From Ostreococcus lucimarinus (Eukaryota), in the NCBI GenBank assembly GCA_000092065.1, contig CP000592.1: a stretch of 64,000 nucleotides of DNA; one strand, given 5' to 3'. The notes under the pieces were generated by a model. It saw only the letters and a list, made by a program, of their open reading frames with translations. It had not been told where the DNA came from and did no database searches. This document shows positions 40,291 to 49,781 of this stretch, piece by piece. Made by a program: the position numbers and the translations under genes. The stretch's first letter is position 1, and the number at the start of each line of letters is the position of its first letter.

Positions 40291-41598
40291 ATGCAGCGAC
40301 GCGAGCGCGCGTTGTGGTCGTTAGAACACGCGCTGTCGAGCCCCGAAATCCCGCTCGACGTCAAGGTGGAGGTGAAAAACGCGTGCGCGGCGTCGCTCGA
40401 CGACGAGACGCTGGCGTCGTGCGATTCGCTCGTCGTGCGATTGTTTGACGTTTTATCCCGCGCGCGCGATGCGTTGATCGCCGGTGAGGGCGCGATGCGA
40501 GGAAACAGCGCGCGCGCGTGCGCGGACGCGCTGCACGCGGTGACGACGCGACGCGACGCGCCGGAAACGCTGAAAAGGAGAGGGAAAGACGTCGTCGAGG
40601 CGCTGCGCGGCGAGTGGTGCTTCGCGGCGGCGAGAGAGACGCGGAACGAGGGAGGGACGAGCCCGGTGCGAGGATGGAAAGCGATGGAGAATTTTTGGAT
40701 GCGGTGGCGAACGCTGACGATCGGTGACGGAGGGCTGGGCGATGGGAGCGCGTTGGGAACGAAGGCGAAGAGGACGTACGACATGGTCGAGCGCGCGGAG
40801 AGCGATATGCGGTTGCCGAGCGACTGGGAGAGTCGCGTGCCCACGGCGGAGGATATAGCGCAAGATTTACAAACGTTGTTCACAGATCTGTGCGAAAGCG
40901 GTGAATTGATGAGTTTCTTGAGCGTCGTGAGGAACGATATCTCGAGCGGGAGGTACAAGGTGCAGGTGAGAGGAGACGGGCGCGTGGCGCGGCAATCGGG
41001 CGCGATGACGGATTCGATTGGACTCGAGCCGCACCTCGAGGGATTGGGTCGAAAGCTCAGGGCGGAGGCGACGAGACACCGACAAGAACCGCCGTTAGGT
41101 GCTCTAACCGCCGTGCCGGAAAGCTTTTCCTCGCCGCCGAAGCGCGTACACATAGCGGCTCAACGAAAAAAGAACGCGCGAACCGTGGAGTGGGATTCGC
41201 AAAACGACCAACCAGACGACAACGACAAAGAAGAAGAAGACAAAGATGAACACGAAGATATCGCGCCCACACAGCAAACCCCTCGCGCAAAGCCATCACC
41301 ATTAACCAATTTATCTTGGGAAGAGGTCGGATACCGCACGCCACGCGCGAATCTACCCGCCATTTCGCCGGCGCCCAGGGCTGCGCTGAAATCGCCGTCG
41401 ACGCGCAAGAAGCTTCACGTGAAGGTGAAGTGGACGGACGCCGAAGTCACGTGTTTGCACCTCGGCGTGCAAAAGTACGGCATTGGGAATTGGGCGAAGA
41501 TTTTGAACGATCCGACGCTCACCAACGGCTTTCACACGTCTCGCACCGGCGTGCATTTGAAGGACAAGTGGCGCACGATACAACGACAAGCGCGTTGA
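40291..41598 (+). CDS. Myb/SANT-domain protein of the telobox (TRF/TRB-like) type, with a single C-terminal Myb repeat
   Basis: C-terminus KKLHVKVKWTDAEVTCLHLGVQKYGIGNWAKILNDPTLTNGFHTSRTGVHLKDKWRTIQRQ matches the telomere-repeat-binding Myb consensus (W..EE...L..GV.K.G.G.W..I.........R..VDLKDKWR). ATG 40291. Confidence 0.6.
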   Translation: MQRRERALWSLEHALSSPEIPLDVKVEVKNACAASLDDETLASCDSLVVRLFDVLSRARDALIAGEGAMRGNSARACADALHAVTTRRDAPETLKRRGKDVVEALRGEWCFAAARETRNEGGTSPVRGWKAMENFWMRWRTLTIGDGGLGDGSALGTKAKRTYDMVERAESDMRLPSDWESRVPTAEDIAQDLQTLFTDLCESGELMSFLSVVRNDISSGRYKVQVRGDGRVARQSGAMTDSIGLEPHLEGLGRKLRAEATRHRQEPPLGALTAVPESFSSPPKRVHIAAQRKKNARTVEWDSQNDQPDDNDKEEEDKDEHEDIAPTQQTPRAKPSPLTNLSWEEVGYRTPRANLPAISPAPRAALKSPSTRKKLHVKVKWTDAEVTCLHLGVQKYGIGNWAKILNDPTLTNGFHTSRTGVHLKDKWRTIQRQAR

Positions 41599-41650
41599 CG
41601 CACAGATAGATTAGATTGTAAAACCATCGCACCACCGCAGATTTAAACGC

Positions 41651-42571
41651 ATGTCTTTTTTCACCGCCGCCGTGCGCCGCGTCGTCAATCATCGACGTCG
41701 CGCTCTCACGCGCGCGTTTTCCGATCACGCGCGCGTCCTCGCCCACGAAGTCCACGGCGCACCGTTCGGTTCAAAAGTCGATGCCGATGCGTCGTCAACC
41801 ATCTTCATCTTACACGGGCTCTTGGGCGCGGGCCGAAACTGGCGCAGTTTTGCGAAACAGTTGCGGCAGCGCCTCGGCGAACAAGATTGGCGCGTGGTTT
41901 TGGTGGATCTGCGCGGACACGGCGCGAGCGCGAGCATCGGGCAGCGGACGCCGGCGTGCGGCGTGGTGGAGGCGGCTCGGGACGTCGACGCCCTGGCGAA
42001 GATGATCGGGACGGCGCCGAGCGTGGTCGTGGGACACAGCTTGGGAGGGAAAGTCGCGCTGGAGTATTCAAAATTGGCGACAACGGCGCCAAAGCAGACG
42101 TGGTCCTTGGATTCGGTGCCGGGGAGAGTGGAGGCGGATCCCCACGGCGTCGCGGAGGTGTTGTCGGCGATTCGAGCGCTGCCGAGGCGCATACCCAGCC
42201 GCAAGTGGCTCGCGCAGGCGCTACCACAGTTCTCCACTGAGTTGGTGGATTGGATAGGGAGTAATTTGAAAAACGTGTGCGATGGTGGGAGTGAATTAGA
42301 GTTAGTTTTCAACCTCGATACCGTCATGCAGCTTTACGATTCATATCAAAAGACAGACAGTTGGCACGCCATCGAGGACGAGGCTTCTGGCATTTACGTC
42401 GTGAAGGCGGAAAATAGTACGCGCTGGAGTACGGCATGCGTCGAGAGGTTGAAAAGGTCGCCGGCGAATTTCCAAGTGCTAGCAAATGCTGGTCATTGGG
42501 TGCACACCGACAATCCAAACGGGTTGCTCGAGATTCTCACGACGTCCATTCCGAAAAGTAGACAACTATAG
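41651..42571 (+). CDS. Alpha/beta hydrolase, ABHD11-like (mitochondrial presequence)
   Basis: TIFILHGLLGAGRNWRSFAKQL...VVLVDLRGHGAS...VVGHSLGGKVALEYS (GxSxG)...ANAGHWVHTDNPNGL. The N-terminus MSFFTAAVRRVVNHRRRALTRAF is presequence-like. Confidence 0.6.
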   Translation: MSFFTAAVRRVVNHRRRALTRAFSDHARVLAHEVHGAPFGSKVDADASSTIFILHGLLGAGRNWRSFAKQLRQRLGEQDWRVVLVDLRGHGASASIGQRTPACGVVEAARDVDALAKMIGTAPSVVVGHSLGGKVALEYSKLATTAPKQTWSLDSVPGRVEADPHGVAEVLSAIRALPRRIPSRKWLAQALPQFSTELVDWIGSNLKNVCDGGSELELVFNLDTVMQLYDSYQKTDSWHAIEDEASGIYVVKAENSTRWSTACVERLKRSPANFQVLANAGHWVHTDNPNGLLEILTTSIPKSRQL

Positions 42572-42605
42572 CAAGTGCGTTGTGTATTTCTAGAAGCTAG
42601 GTATG

Positions 42606-45245
42606 CTAGGTCAACACGTCTATGGATGCTCGACACGTCGGGCATCGTAATGCATTTCGAAGAGAACAGAGTAAGCACGAGGCGTGGAATATGTGCGAGC
42701 AGTCTGTGCGAATCAATTTTTCATTCGTTCGACATTCGTTCAAGCAAATGGCGCACGTAGTACATTCCACGTCTTTGTCAGCGACGTACGCGCGCTTTGC
42801 GATCTCTCGTAACGTCGTGTCTCTGCGATCACGCTCGACGTCTTCAGCAGTAGTGTACAAAAGTCGGTCGCTCTCCCAAAGATTCGCTCCGAATTGTCGC
42901 GCGTCAGCGGCAAATAGATTCGAATCCGTCGCGGTCAAGTCGGCGCCAAAACGTGGTGTTCCGTCGCGAAAAAGCGCCGAATCGCTCGCATAGAGATGTG
43001 CATCGGGATAGAGATTCGAACGATGAGACACTCCGGCGATAATTCCCAATCTACTCGCAATATCTAGCAGAACTTCCGCATCGAGCGCAGCGTAAGTGAT
43101 CTGGGCTTGCGCGAGTGGTCTGGCATCCCAGTTGCTTCGCTGACAGCGCTTATCGAGCGCGTATCCGAGCGTTTCGGAAACGATGGAAGCCAACGAGTTC
43201 ATGACATCGCCTTGCAAGTCGATGACGTTGGCGTCCTGAAAACAGCCGGGTAGAGGGCTCGAGGACGACGACGGATATGACTTGCTCGCGACACGAAGTC
43301 GTTTCCAGTCTTGCTCTGGGGCAAACGCAATCTTTTTCATACCCGATTCACCGAACACGTCTGCGATGAATGTAGACATCCGCGTCCGTTCGATTCGTAA
43401 ACAATCGATGACGAATGTTTCGCAATTGTGCACTGGAGAAATTTGGAGCGTTGAAATCGGTCGCGGATCACGCCATTCGCAATCAAATGCGAAGGCGTCA
43501 CAATGTGGCGACGCAAGAACTTCTTTGATTCGCTCTAATCCGCACTCGTCTTCCACGACGATGATTCTCTTCTTCGGCACCAGGAGGGGAAGTTCAGAAG
43601 AAATTGTCATACTTTGAAGGTTTGCGTCGACGTCGAGAAACTCGTCCGGCGCGCGAAGATCAAATGTTTCGCGCAACGTTTCGCGCGTCAAAGCGTACGC
43701 CTTTGCCTCCAACCAGTCGCCTCGATCCATTAGATCGTCCAAAACTGATATTTCCATGCACTCCACGATCGCATTGCTGGCAATCGTCGTGATGTCGTTT
43801 TCCCACGTGTCCACCAAACGTCGCGCCACTTTTGACACGGTCTTTGAATCCAATGTGGCAATGGCTTCGTCCAATCCCGCGAAAATTGGTTGCCTCCACG
43901 ACTCGACGCGTCCTCCAAGATCAGCTAAACTTACCGCTGTATGTGCGACTGAGGTGGGATCGCTCGCATCGATGGCGCTGCACATGCGTTGCGCAAAATC
44001 CGTGACGCTCTCAAGCGCTCGAGACGTTGTCGTCATCGTCTTGGCGTCTGTTATTTCGAGAAGCGCCGCGATATCATTCAACTCACGGCAGTTGGTCTCT
44101 TCGCACGCACGCACGATGGCAGATACAATTTGATCTTCCGTAAACATCATCTCGCGATCCTTCATCGTCGTGACGAATGTTGAAACCGATCCGCAAATGT
44201 CAAACATTTGTCGCGACGTCACTGAACTCCACGCGCCGTTGTCCATCGCGCTCGCGACGGCGGAGGCTAAAATCCTACACGCAGTTCTACGCGCCTTCTC
44301 TTCGCGAACGCGCACACGATCGGATATTCCACAGTCACGGAGTCGCACACCCACCAAAGCTCGCAATATCGATAAATTGCCATCGTCGTCGGCGACGCCC
44401 GCGAGTGTCTCCGCGGCGCGCGAAGAAACATCCGGCTTCTCCCCGCTCACCGCAATGGCTGTCTCAGCACGCAATATCTTCGCCACTAACTCAACCATGG
44501 CGTCACTTTCGACGTCTTTCGACAATCTTTGGTCCCGCAACAACGTCCCAAACTCCTCCCACGCCGTCTCCGCGTCTTTTTCTCGCTTCTGCTTCGCCGC
44601 CGCTTTTCGCTCCAGCGAACGATCAATACCGTCGGGATTATCCCACGACACTCCTTTATTCAATCGACTAAAATTGCCTCGACGAGATTCCCTCGTCGAC
44701 ACCCCCCGAGCCGGTTCGTTCGCCACCTCATCCGGAAAAAATCGCTCATCCAGGTCGCCGTACTTTAAGCCGTCCGAGTGCGACGCTCGAAAATTCCACC
44801 ACGTCGTCTCTCGCCGCTCGGCTTCCTCGATCGCCTCGATCGTCGCCCTTTCGCAGTGCGACAGCGCTAACGATCGCACGCTTTGTCCCTTATTATTCAC
44901 TATTTTCACCTTTGCCCCGCGCTGCAGCAGGTACAGCACGACGTCGTCGCGACATCGCGTCGTCGCGTAAAACACCGCCGTCTTTCCGTAGTTGTGTCGC
45001 CCCGTGCTGATCTGATCGATCGCCCCTCCCCTCTCCAGCACGCACTTCACCACGTCGAGCGACCCTCGCCACGCCGCGAGGTGCAGCGGCGCCTTCCCGG
45101 ACCTCGCCGCGCGTCGCGCGAGCAATTCGTCGTCGCCCTCGGGTCGCGCGTCGAGCCACTCGCGCAGACCGTCGACGTCGTCGGCCACGAGCAGGCGCTG
45201 CGGCACGCACGCCTCGGCGCGTCGCGCGCGGGCGACGATGGGCAT
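42606..45245 (-). CDS. Multidomain protein: N-terminal ankyrin repeats + DEDDy 3'-5' exonuclease (RNase D/WRN-exo/Mut-7-like) domain + C-terminal RING-H2 finger
   Basis: ANK repeats GKAPLHLAAWRGSLDVVKCVLERGGAIDQ...GKTAVFYATTRCRDDVVLYLLQRGAKV. Exo motif I AFAFDCEW, motif II HNCETFVIDC, motif III ITYAALDAEVLLDI with the DEDDy Tyr. RING-H2 CAICLNECRTNEKLIRTDCSHIFHASCLLCSLRNALRCPTC. Start is ATG 45243-45245 (MPIVARARR...). The track's extension to 45851 overlaps the BolA2 gene on the other strand. Confidence 0.7.
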   Translation of the reverse strand: MPIVARARRAEACVPQRLLVADDVDGLREWLDARPEGDDELLARRAARSGKAPLHLAAWRGSLDVVKCVLERGGAIDQISTGRHNYGKTAVFYATTRCRDDVVLYLLQRGAKVKIVNNKGQSVRSLALSHCERATIEAIEEAERRETTWWNFRASHSDGLKYGDLDERFFPDEVANEPARGVSTRESRRGNFSRLNKGVSWDNPDGIDRSLERKAAAKQKREKDAETAWEEFGTLLRDQRLSKDVESDAMVELVAKILRAETAIAVSGEKPDVSSRAAETLAGVADDDGNLSILRALVGVRLRDCGISDRVRVREEKARRTACRILASAVASAMDNGAWSSVTSRQMFDICGSVSTFVTTMKDREMMFTEDQIVSAIVRACEETNCRELNDIAALLEITDAKTMTTTSRALESVTDFAQRMCSAIDASDPTSVAHTAVSLADLGGRVESWRQPIFAGLDEAIATLDSKTVSKVARRLVDTWENDITTIASNAIVECMEISVLDDLMDRGDWLEAKAYALTRETLRETFDLRAPDEFLDVDANLQSMTISSELPLLVPKKRIIVVEDECGLERIKEVLASPHCDAFAFDCEWRDPRPISTLQISPVHNCETFVIDCLRIERTRMSTFIADVFGESGMKKIAFAPEQDWKRLRVASKSYPSSSSSPLPGCFQDANVIDLQGDVMNSLASIVSETLGYALDKRCQRSNWDARPLAQAQITYAALDAEVLLDIASRLGIIAGVSHRSNLYPDAHLYASDSALFRDGTPRFGADLTATDSNLFAADARQFGANLWESDRLLYTTAEDVERDRRDTTLREIAKRAYVADKDVECTTCAICLNECRTNEKLIRTDCSHIFHASCLLCSLRNALRCPTCRASIDVLT

Positions 45246-45370
45246 GCGCGCGCGCGCGGTCGCGAGGCGCGACGACGACGGCGCGCGCGCGCGCATGCGT
45301 GTGACGACGTCGCGAGCACAGACGGCGAAACAATTGGATTCGCCGAGGACGCACACGTCGTCGCGCGCGC

Positions 45371-45604
45371 ATGAGCTCGACGCGCGAGGTGCGCGAGCTG
45401 CTCGAGCGCGCGTTCGCGCCGTGCGCGGAGCTGGACGTCGTGGACGTGAGCGGGGAGTGCGGGAGCGCGTTCGAAGTGCGCGTGGTGAGCGAATCGTTTC
45501 GAGACAAGAGTCGGATTGAGAGTCATCGCGCGATTCACGACGCGCTGGGGAGCGTGATGGGAAAGATACACGCGCTGAGCGTGAAAGTGGCCAAGGCGCC
45601 GTGA
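45371..45604 (+). CDS. BolA2-like small protein (77 aa)
   Basis: MSSTREVRELLERAFAPCAELDVVDVSGECGSAFEVRVVSESFRDKSRIESHRAIHDALGSVMGKIHALSVKVAKAP fits the BolA signature (...L.V.D.S..CG..F.V.VVS..F.GKS.+..HR.++..L......IHAL...T..P). Real ATG at 45371. Confidence 0.65.
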   Translation: MSSTREVRELLERAFAPCAELDVVDVSGECGSAFEVRVVSESFRDKSRIESHRAIHDALGSVMGKIHALSVKVAKAP

Positions 45605-45673
45605 ACGAGGCGCGACGTAGGGGCGCAGAGGATCGTGATGGACCGTTGTTATGGAATGAATGTTGGCTACGAA

Positions 45674-46675
45674 TCAACGCACGGCGAGAAATTTCTCGAG
45701 TTTGGCCACCATCACGGGAGGCCAACGACGTATGCGCGTGACGTAATCGATATCGCGATATTTGGCGCAACCACTCTCGCGCGAACACGCTCGTTCCCAC
45801 GCATCTTCGGCGTCTTCGAAGCGGGCCGCTGAATAATATAAAGCGGCGCACGCCGCGCGCACGTCGGCGCTGTTCGGCGCGCGGCGGACGAGAGATTCGA
45901 GCTGTTTCAGCGCTTTATCTTCGTTTCCAAGCTGAGCTTCGGCGAGGGCAAGGTTGGAGAAGGCGTAAATAGCGCCGTCCAGGCGTTGCGTCGTCGAGGC
46001 GCCGACTTTGAAGCCGCGCGCGCCTTGGAAAAGATTCGCCGCGCTTTCGTAGTCATCCTTTGCCTTGTCCCAATTTCCGAGCGAGCCGTGGACGTTACCT
46101 CTAGAGTTCAAAACGTACGGATCCGGCGCGAATCCCGAGACTTCACACAACCGCAACACCTCGTCATAGTCGCGCAGGGCGTCCCGGAAGCGGTACACTC
46201 CCTCCAGAGCTAACGCCCTTCCCGCGAGAACGCGCGCCGAAGCGCTCGCATCGCCTTCGCACATCGCCACGGCCTCATCGTACGCTTTCAACGCATCGTC
46301 AAACTGTTTCGCGTCCACGCTCACCGTGGCCTTGGCCTCGATCCACCGCAGCTCGTTCGGCTCGGCTCGGCGCAGGGCGTCCAGCGCGTCGAGAGCGCGG
46401 CTAAAGTCTTGCACGTCGTACGCCTCTACCAACGCGCGCTGTAATTCGTCGATGCTCTCAGATGCAAACGCGCGGGAGTTTGCGCGCAACGAGCAACAGA
46501 ACGCGCCGATGACGGCGCTTCGGCGCGTCGTCGTCGTCCCGGAAGTGCTCGGGACGTCATCGGTCGGTGCTTTGAACCGTCGCGTTTGGTTTTGTCCACG
46601 TTCGGGGCGCGCGTCGGCGCGAACGCAGCGCGAAGACGACGCGATGATCGGTGTCGCGCTATACGAAGCGCGCAT
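45674..46675 (-). CDS. TPR-repeat protein with an organellar-type N-terminal presequence
   Basis: At least five or six 34-residue TPR-like helical repeats (RALALEGVYRFRDALRDYDEVLRL; YVLNSRGNVHGSLGNWDKAKDDYESA; IYAFSNLALAEAQLGNEDKALKQLESLV; AACAALYYSAARFEDAEDAWERA). The N-terminus is Ser/Thr/Arg-rich. ATG 46673-46675. Confidence 0.6.
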   Translation of the reverse strand: MRASYSATPIIASSSRCVRADARPERGQNQTRRFKAPTDDVPSTSGTTTTRRSAVIGAFCCSLRANSRAFASESIDELQRALVEAYDVQDFSRALDALDALRRAEPNELRWIEAKATVSVDAKQFDDALKAYDEAVAMCEGDASASARVLAGRALALEGVYRFRDALRDYDEVLRLCEVSGFAPDPYVLNSRGNVHGSLGNWDKAKDDYESAANLFQGARGFKVGASTTQRLDGAIYAFSNLALAEAQLGNEDKALKQLESLVRRAPNSADVRAACAALYYSAARFEDAEDAWERACSRESGCAKYRDIDYVTRIRRWPPVMVAKLEKFLAVR

Positions 46676-46762
46676 GGCGCGTGGGACGTCGTGAATGCGA
46701 GTTTGATTGACTCGCCGGCGCGCAATGGCGCGACGGCAGTTCTGCTTACAACGTTTTCCGGC

Positions 46763-48259
46763 CTACAAGCGCATCTCGTGAATCTCGCAATTCTTCATGC
46801 TTCGCTCTGACTTGGAAAACTCCTTGAAGAATGTGGAGTGTCCGAAGACCACAAACGTTTCCTCCGGTCGCTTGAGGAGCCAGTCGCGGAAACGCGCGAC
46901 GCGGCGCTTGAAGTTCGTCTGCGGCTCGAGAGACTTGAACTGTTCTGACTGTGCGTCGTTGGGCCTATGTTCGCAACCCTCCCACCACCAGCGATCTTCA
47001 GGGATTCTAGATAGTGCTAATTCTAATTCCGGAAATTCCGCCTCAAGGCAGCGTCTGGGACGACCGACGTCTCCCGAGCAGCTGAGTTTCTCAGTCAATT
47101 CTTCGCGAATCATGAGTCGGCTTGTCCACTCTTCAAATTCCCGCTCGGGGTTGAAAGCCTTCTTTGACGAAGTACTCAACGGTGTATTTAAGTCGTCGAC
47201 ATTCTCGTCCGGTGAGGCATCGTCCGCGACGTTCGCTCCGCCGCGCTGAGCCTTGTTCAGTTCCGCCGCTTTCGCCTCGAGCGCCGCCTTGCGTCCGATG
47301 ATGCACGTCTCTATCGCCCTCGTCAAAGGTGACGTGATCCAAAGCGCATTTTTCGGCATCTTCGAAAGAGCCATGCCTAAAGCCTTCGCTTGCTTCCTTC
47401 CCAGCTCGGTCAGCGCGGCGTCGAACATCTTTGGCTCGTCCCAGGACCCCGGGCCCGAATTCGCGGCGTTCCACGTACTCTGGCCGTGACGAACCAAGTG
47501 CACCTTCTTCTGACCCGTGCGAAAGATTGGATATAACTTGAGCTGCCGATCCTTTTCCGCCTGAACGCGTGCTGCTGCAGCATCCCTCTTACACTCATCA
47601 TCGCGAATCTTCTCCGCCCTCGCTCTCGCCGTCCGATCTTCGTCGCTATCGCACTGCGAAAATTCGCGCGCCGGCGATATGACGTACTGCGACCCTCCGT
47701 ACTCTCCCGGCGACATCCCTCCCCACTCACTCCTCGGCGTGTCTTCCTCGAACCCCGGCGTTTCATTCCCGTCGCCATCGTCATCATCCACAGTCCCTCG
47801 CTTCCCTCCTGACGCGCGCGCCGAACTCGAATCCCGCCGCGTCCGCCGCCGGCGTTCCCTCCCAATCGACCCCCCCGCGCTCCCACCCGCGACGTCCACG
47901 CTCTTACACGCGCTCATAGACCGACGTTTCGCGATGTTGAACCCTCCCAGCCCGACATCGTCGCTCTCTACTCTCGGCGTTTGCATCGGCGTCGTCTTCA
48001 GGTCTCCCATCGTCCCCAACGGCCCGAGTTCGCTCCGTCGTCGTTTCCGTCCCGTCGTCCACGTTCTTCCGTTCGCGCTCGCCGTGCGCAGCGCACGACC
48101 GTGATGCGCCGCGCGCGCCTGCGTCACCGCGGGCGTCACGGCGTCGTCACGGAACCCATCGTCGTCGTCATCCGTTCGCACGACAGCCGAGACGTGCGCA
48201 TCATCTTTCGACGTTTCCACGCCCGCGCGAGCGTCAACGGGCGCGCGCGCGGACGACAT
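46763..48259 (-). CDS. Histidine phosphatase superfamily (phosphoglycerate-mutase-like, branch 1) protein with a long disordered N-terminal region
   Basis: The catalytic RHG motif is present in VHLVRHGQSTWN. C-terminal half is LTELGRKQAKALG...LWITSPLTRAIETC...FVVFGHSTFFKEF. Start set at ATG 48257-48259; the track's start at 48388 is a TTG codon. Confidence 0.6.
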   Translation of the reverse strand: MSSARAPVDARAGVETSKDDAHVSAVVRTDDDDDGFRDDAVTPAVTQARAAHHGRALRTASANGRTWTTGRKRRRSELGPLGTMGDLKTTPMQTPRVESDDVGLGGFNIAKRRSMSACKSVDVAGGSAGGSIGRERRRRTRRDSSSARASGGKRGTVDDDDGDGNETPGFEEDTPRSEWGGMSPGEYGGSQYVISPAREFSQCDSDEDRTARARAEKIRDDECKRDAAAARVQAEKDRQLKLYPIFRTGQKKVHLVRHGQSTWNAANSGPGSWDEPKMFDAALTELGRKQAKALGMALSKMPKNALWITSPLTRAIETCIIGRKAALEAKAAELNKAQRGGANVADDASPDENVDDLNTPLSTSSKKAFNPEREFEEWTSRLMIREELTEKLSCSGDVGRPRRCLEAEFPELELALSRIPEDRWWWEGCEHRPNDAQSEQFKSLEPQTNFKRRVARFRDWLLKRPEETFVVFGHSTFFKEFSKSERSMKNCEIHEMRL

Positions 48260-48432
48260 CGACGCGAGCGATCCCCACGCGCGCGGCGACTGCGCCCGCG
48301 CGCGTTCACGCGCTCGATGCGCGCGCGCGCGAGCTCCCGAACGTCTCGTTTTGACGTGTTTGAAATTCAAATCGCGTCGACGCGTCAATACGCGACGTCG
48401 CGATCGCGATCGCGGCGCTCTTCGCGCGCGCG

Positions 48433-49475
48433 ATGGCGACGAAGTCGTTGGTGATGACGACGCGCGATGATCGCGCGCTGACGCGGTCGACGCGCGACGC
48501 GGAGACGATCGCGACGCTGCAGCGAGAGCTCAGCTCGAGTGAAATAGAACGCGCGACGACGGCGCGCGCGATGGCGGCGCACGAAGAGCGCGCGCGAGAG
48601 CTCGAACGCGCGTTGGCGCGCGCCGAAGACGCGCTGGAGGAAGCGACGAGCGAGATGGAGACGAAGGAGCGAACGCGGAGGGACGGCGCCGAACGCCTGG
48701 CGCGACGATACGAGGCGTTGGCGCGGCGAGTGGAGGAGACCGAACGCGCGGCGAGGCGCGAGCGAGAGGAGTGCGTGATGTATAAAACGGAATGTGAGAG
48801 CCTCAGACAGGCACTGGAGGCTTCGACGCGGGAATTAGGGGCGATGCAGGTGGACGCCGCGCGCGGGAAATCGGCGGCGAGCGAGGCAAAGAATTTTAAA
48901 AGAGAGATTGACAGAGCGCGACGAGAGAAAGACGCGGCGATGAGCGCAATTAGAGCCGAGTTGGCGGATGCGCGGCGGCGGGCAACGTCGTTGGAGGCAT
49001 CGAGCACGGAGGTTAAAAGGATATTGGGCGACGCGTTGGGGGAGGAGTTGGGCGAGCGCGACGCCGCGACGGTGGCGGCGAGACGCGTGGCCGACGCGAT
49101 GCGCGACGCCAAGGCGCGATTGCAAGCGCTCGAACGCGTTCAACACGCGAATAGTGCAGATGGTGCGAGCACGCTCAGAAACTCGACTTCTTCGGCGATG
49201 GAAGACGACGTCGCACTCGTCGCCGAGACGGAGGCCGCGCTCGAAGAGGCCCTCGGCACCGCGCGACGATGGAAGTCAGCGGCCGAGAAAGAGCGCACTT
49301 CGCGAGAACGCATCGAAAATGAGCTCGACGACTGTCGCTCGTCCCTCGCGCGCGCGATCGAGGAAAGGTCTCGAGCCGAATCGTACGAGCGCGAGCTCGA
49401 AGCCGTCGTCGAGCGACTCGGCGATAGAATTCGCGCCCTGGAATCCGCGTCGCCCGCCGTGCGCCGCGACAACGT

Positions 49476-49506
<31 letters not shown>

Positions 49507-49509
49507 TAG
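48433..49509 (+). CDS. Coiled-coil protein (358 aa) ending in a (DT)n tract
   Basis: Real ATG 48433. Dominated by heptad-like charged repeats (ELERALARAEDALEEATSEMETKER...). C-terminus is DTDTDTDTDA, encoded by (GACACC)n at 49476-49503. Confidence 0.55.
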
Positions 49510-49781
49510 CCAAGCCACCCGGACCGCGCCCGCGTAGCCGCTTGCCCGCTTTCTGATTAATCTGACGACAACATGCCCGCACACTCGGGTTGAGACATAT
49601 CGGGTTTCCGTCGAAACCGTCCGGTGATCTATGAAAAACGACCTCGAATACGCAACACATCGCTGAGATTTCCCAAACCACGCGTTCACTGATTGCCAGC
49701 GCCGAGTCGTCCCCTCGACCGCGCCCTCGGGGTGCGGCGCGACATCGCGACGTCGGGCGCGTCGACGACGCCCCCGACGCG

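Noticed and set aside
40155-41153. 332-aa minus-strand ORF antisense to the Myb gene
   Set aside because: Ser/Ala-rich and low-complexity. The track start is not an ATG-supported gene start, and it sits entirely within the better-supported plus-strand CDS.
48306-49112. 268-aa minus-strand ORF antisense to the coiled-coil gene
   Set aside because: An Ala/Ser/Arg-rich mirror of the coiled-coil coding strand. Spurious.
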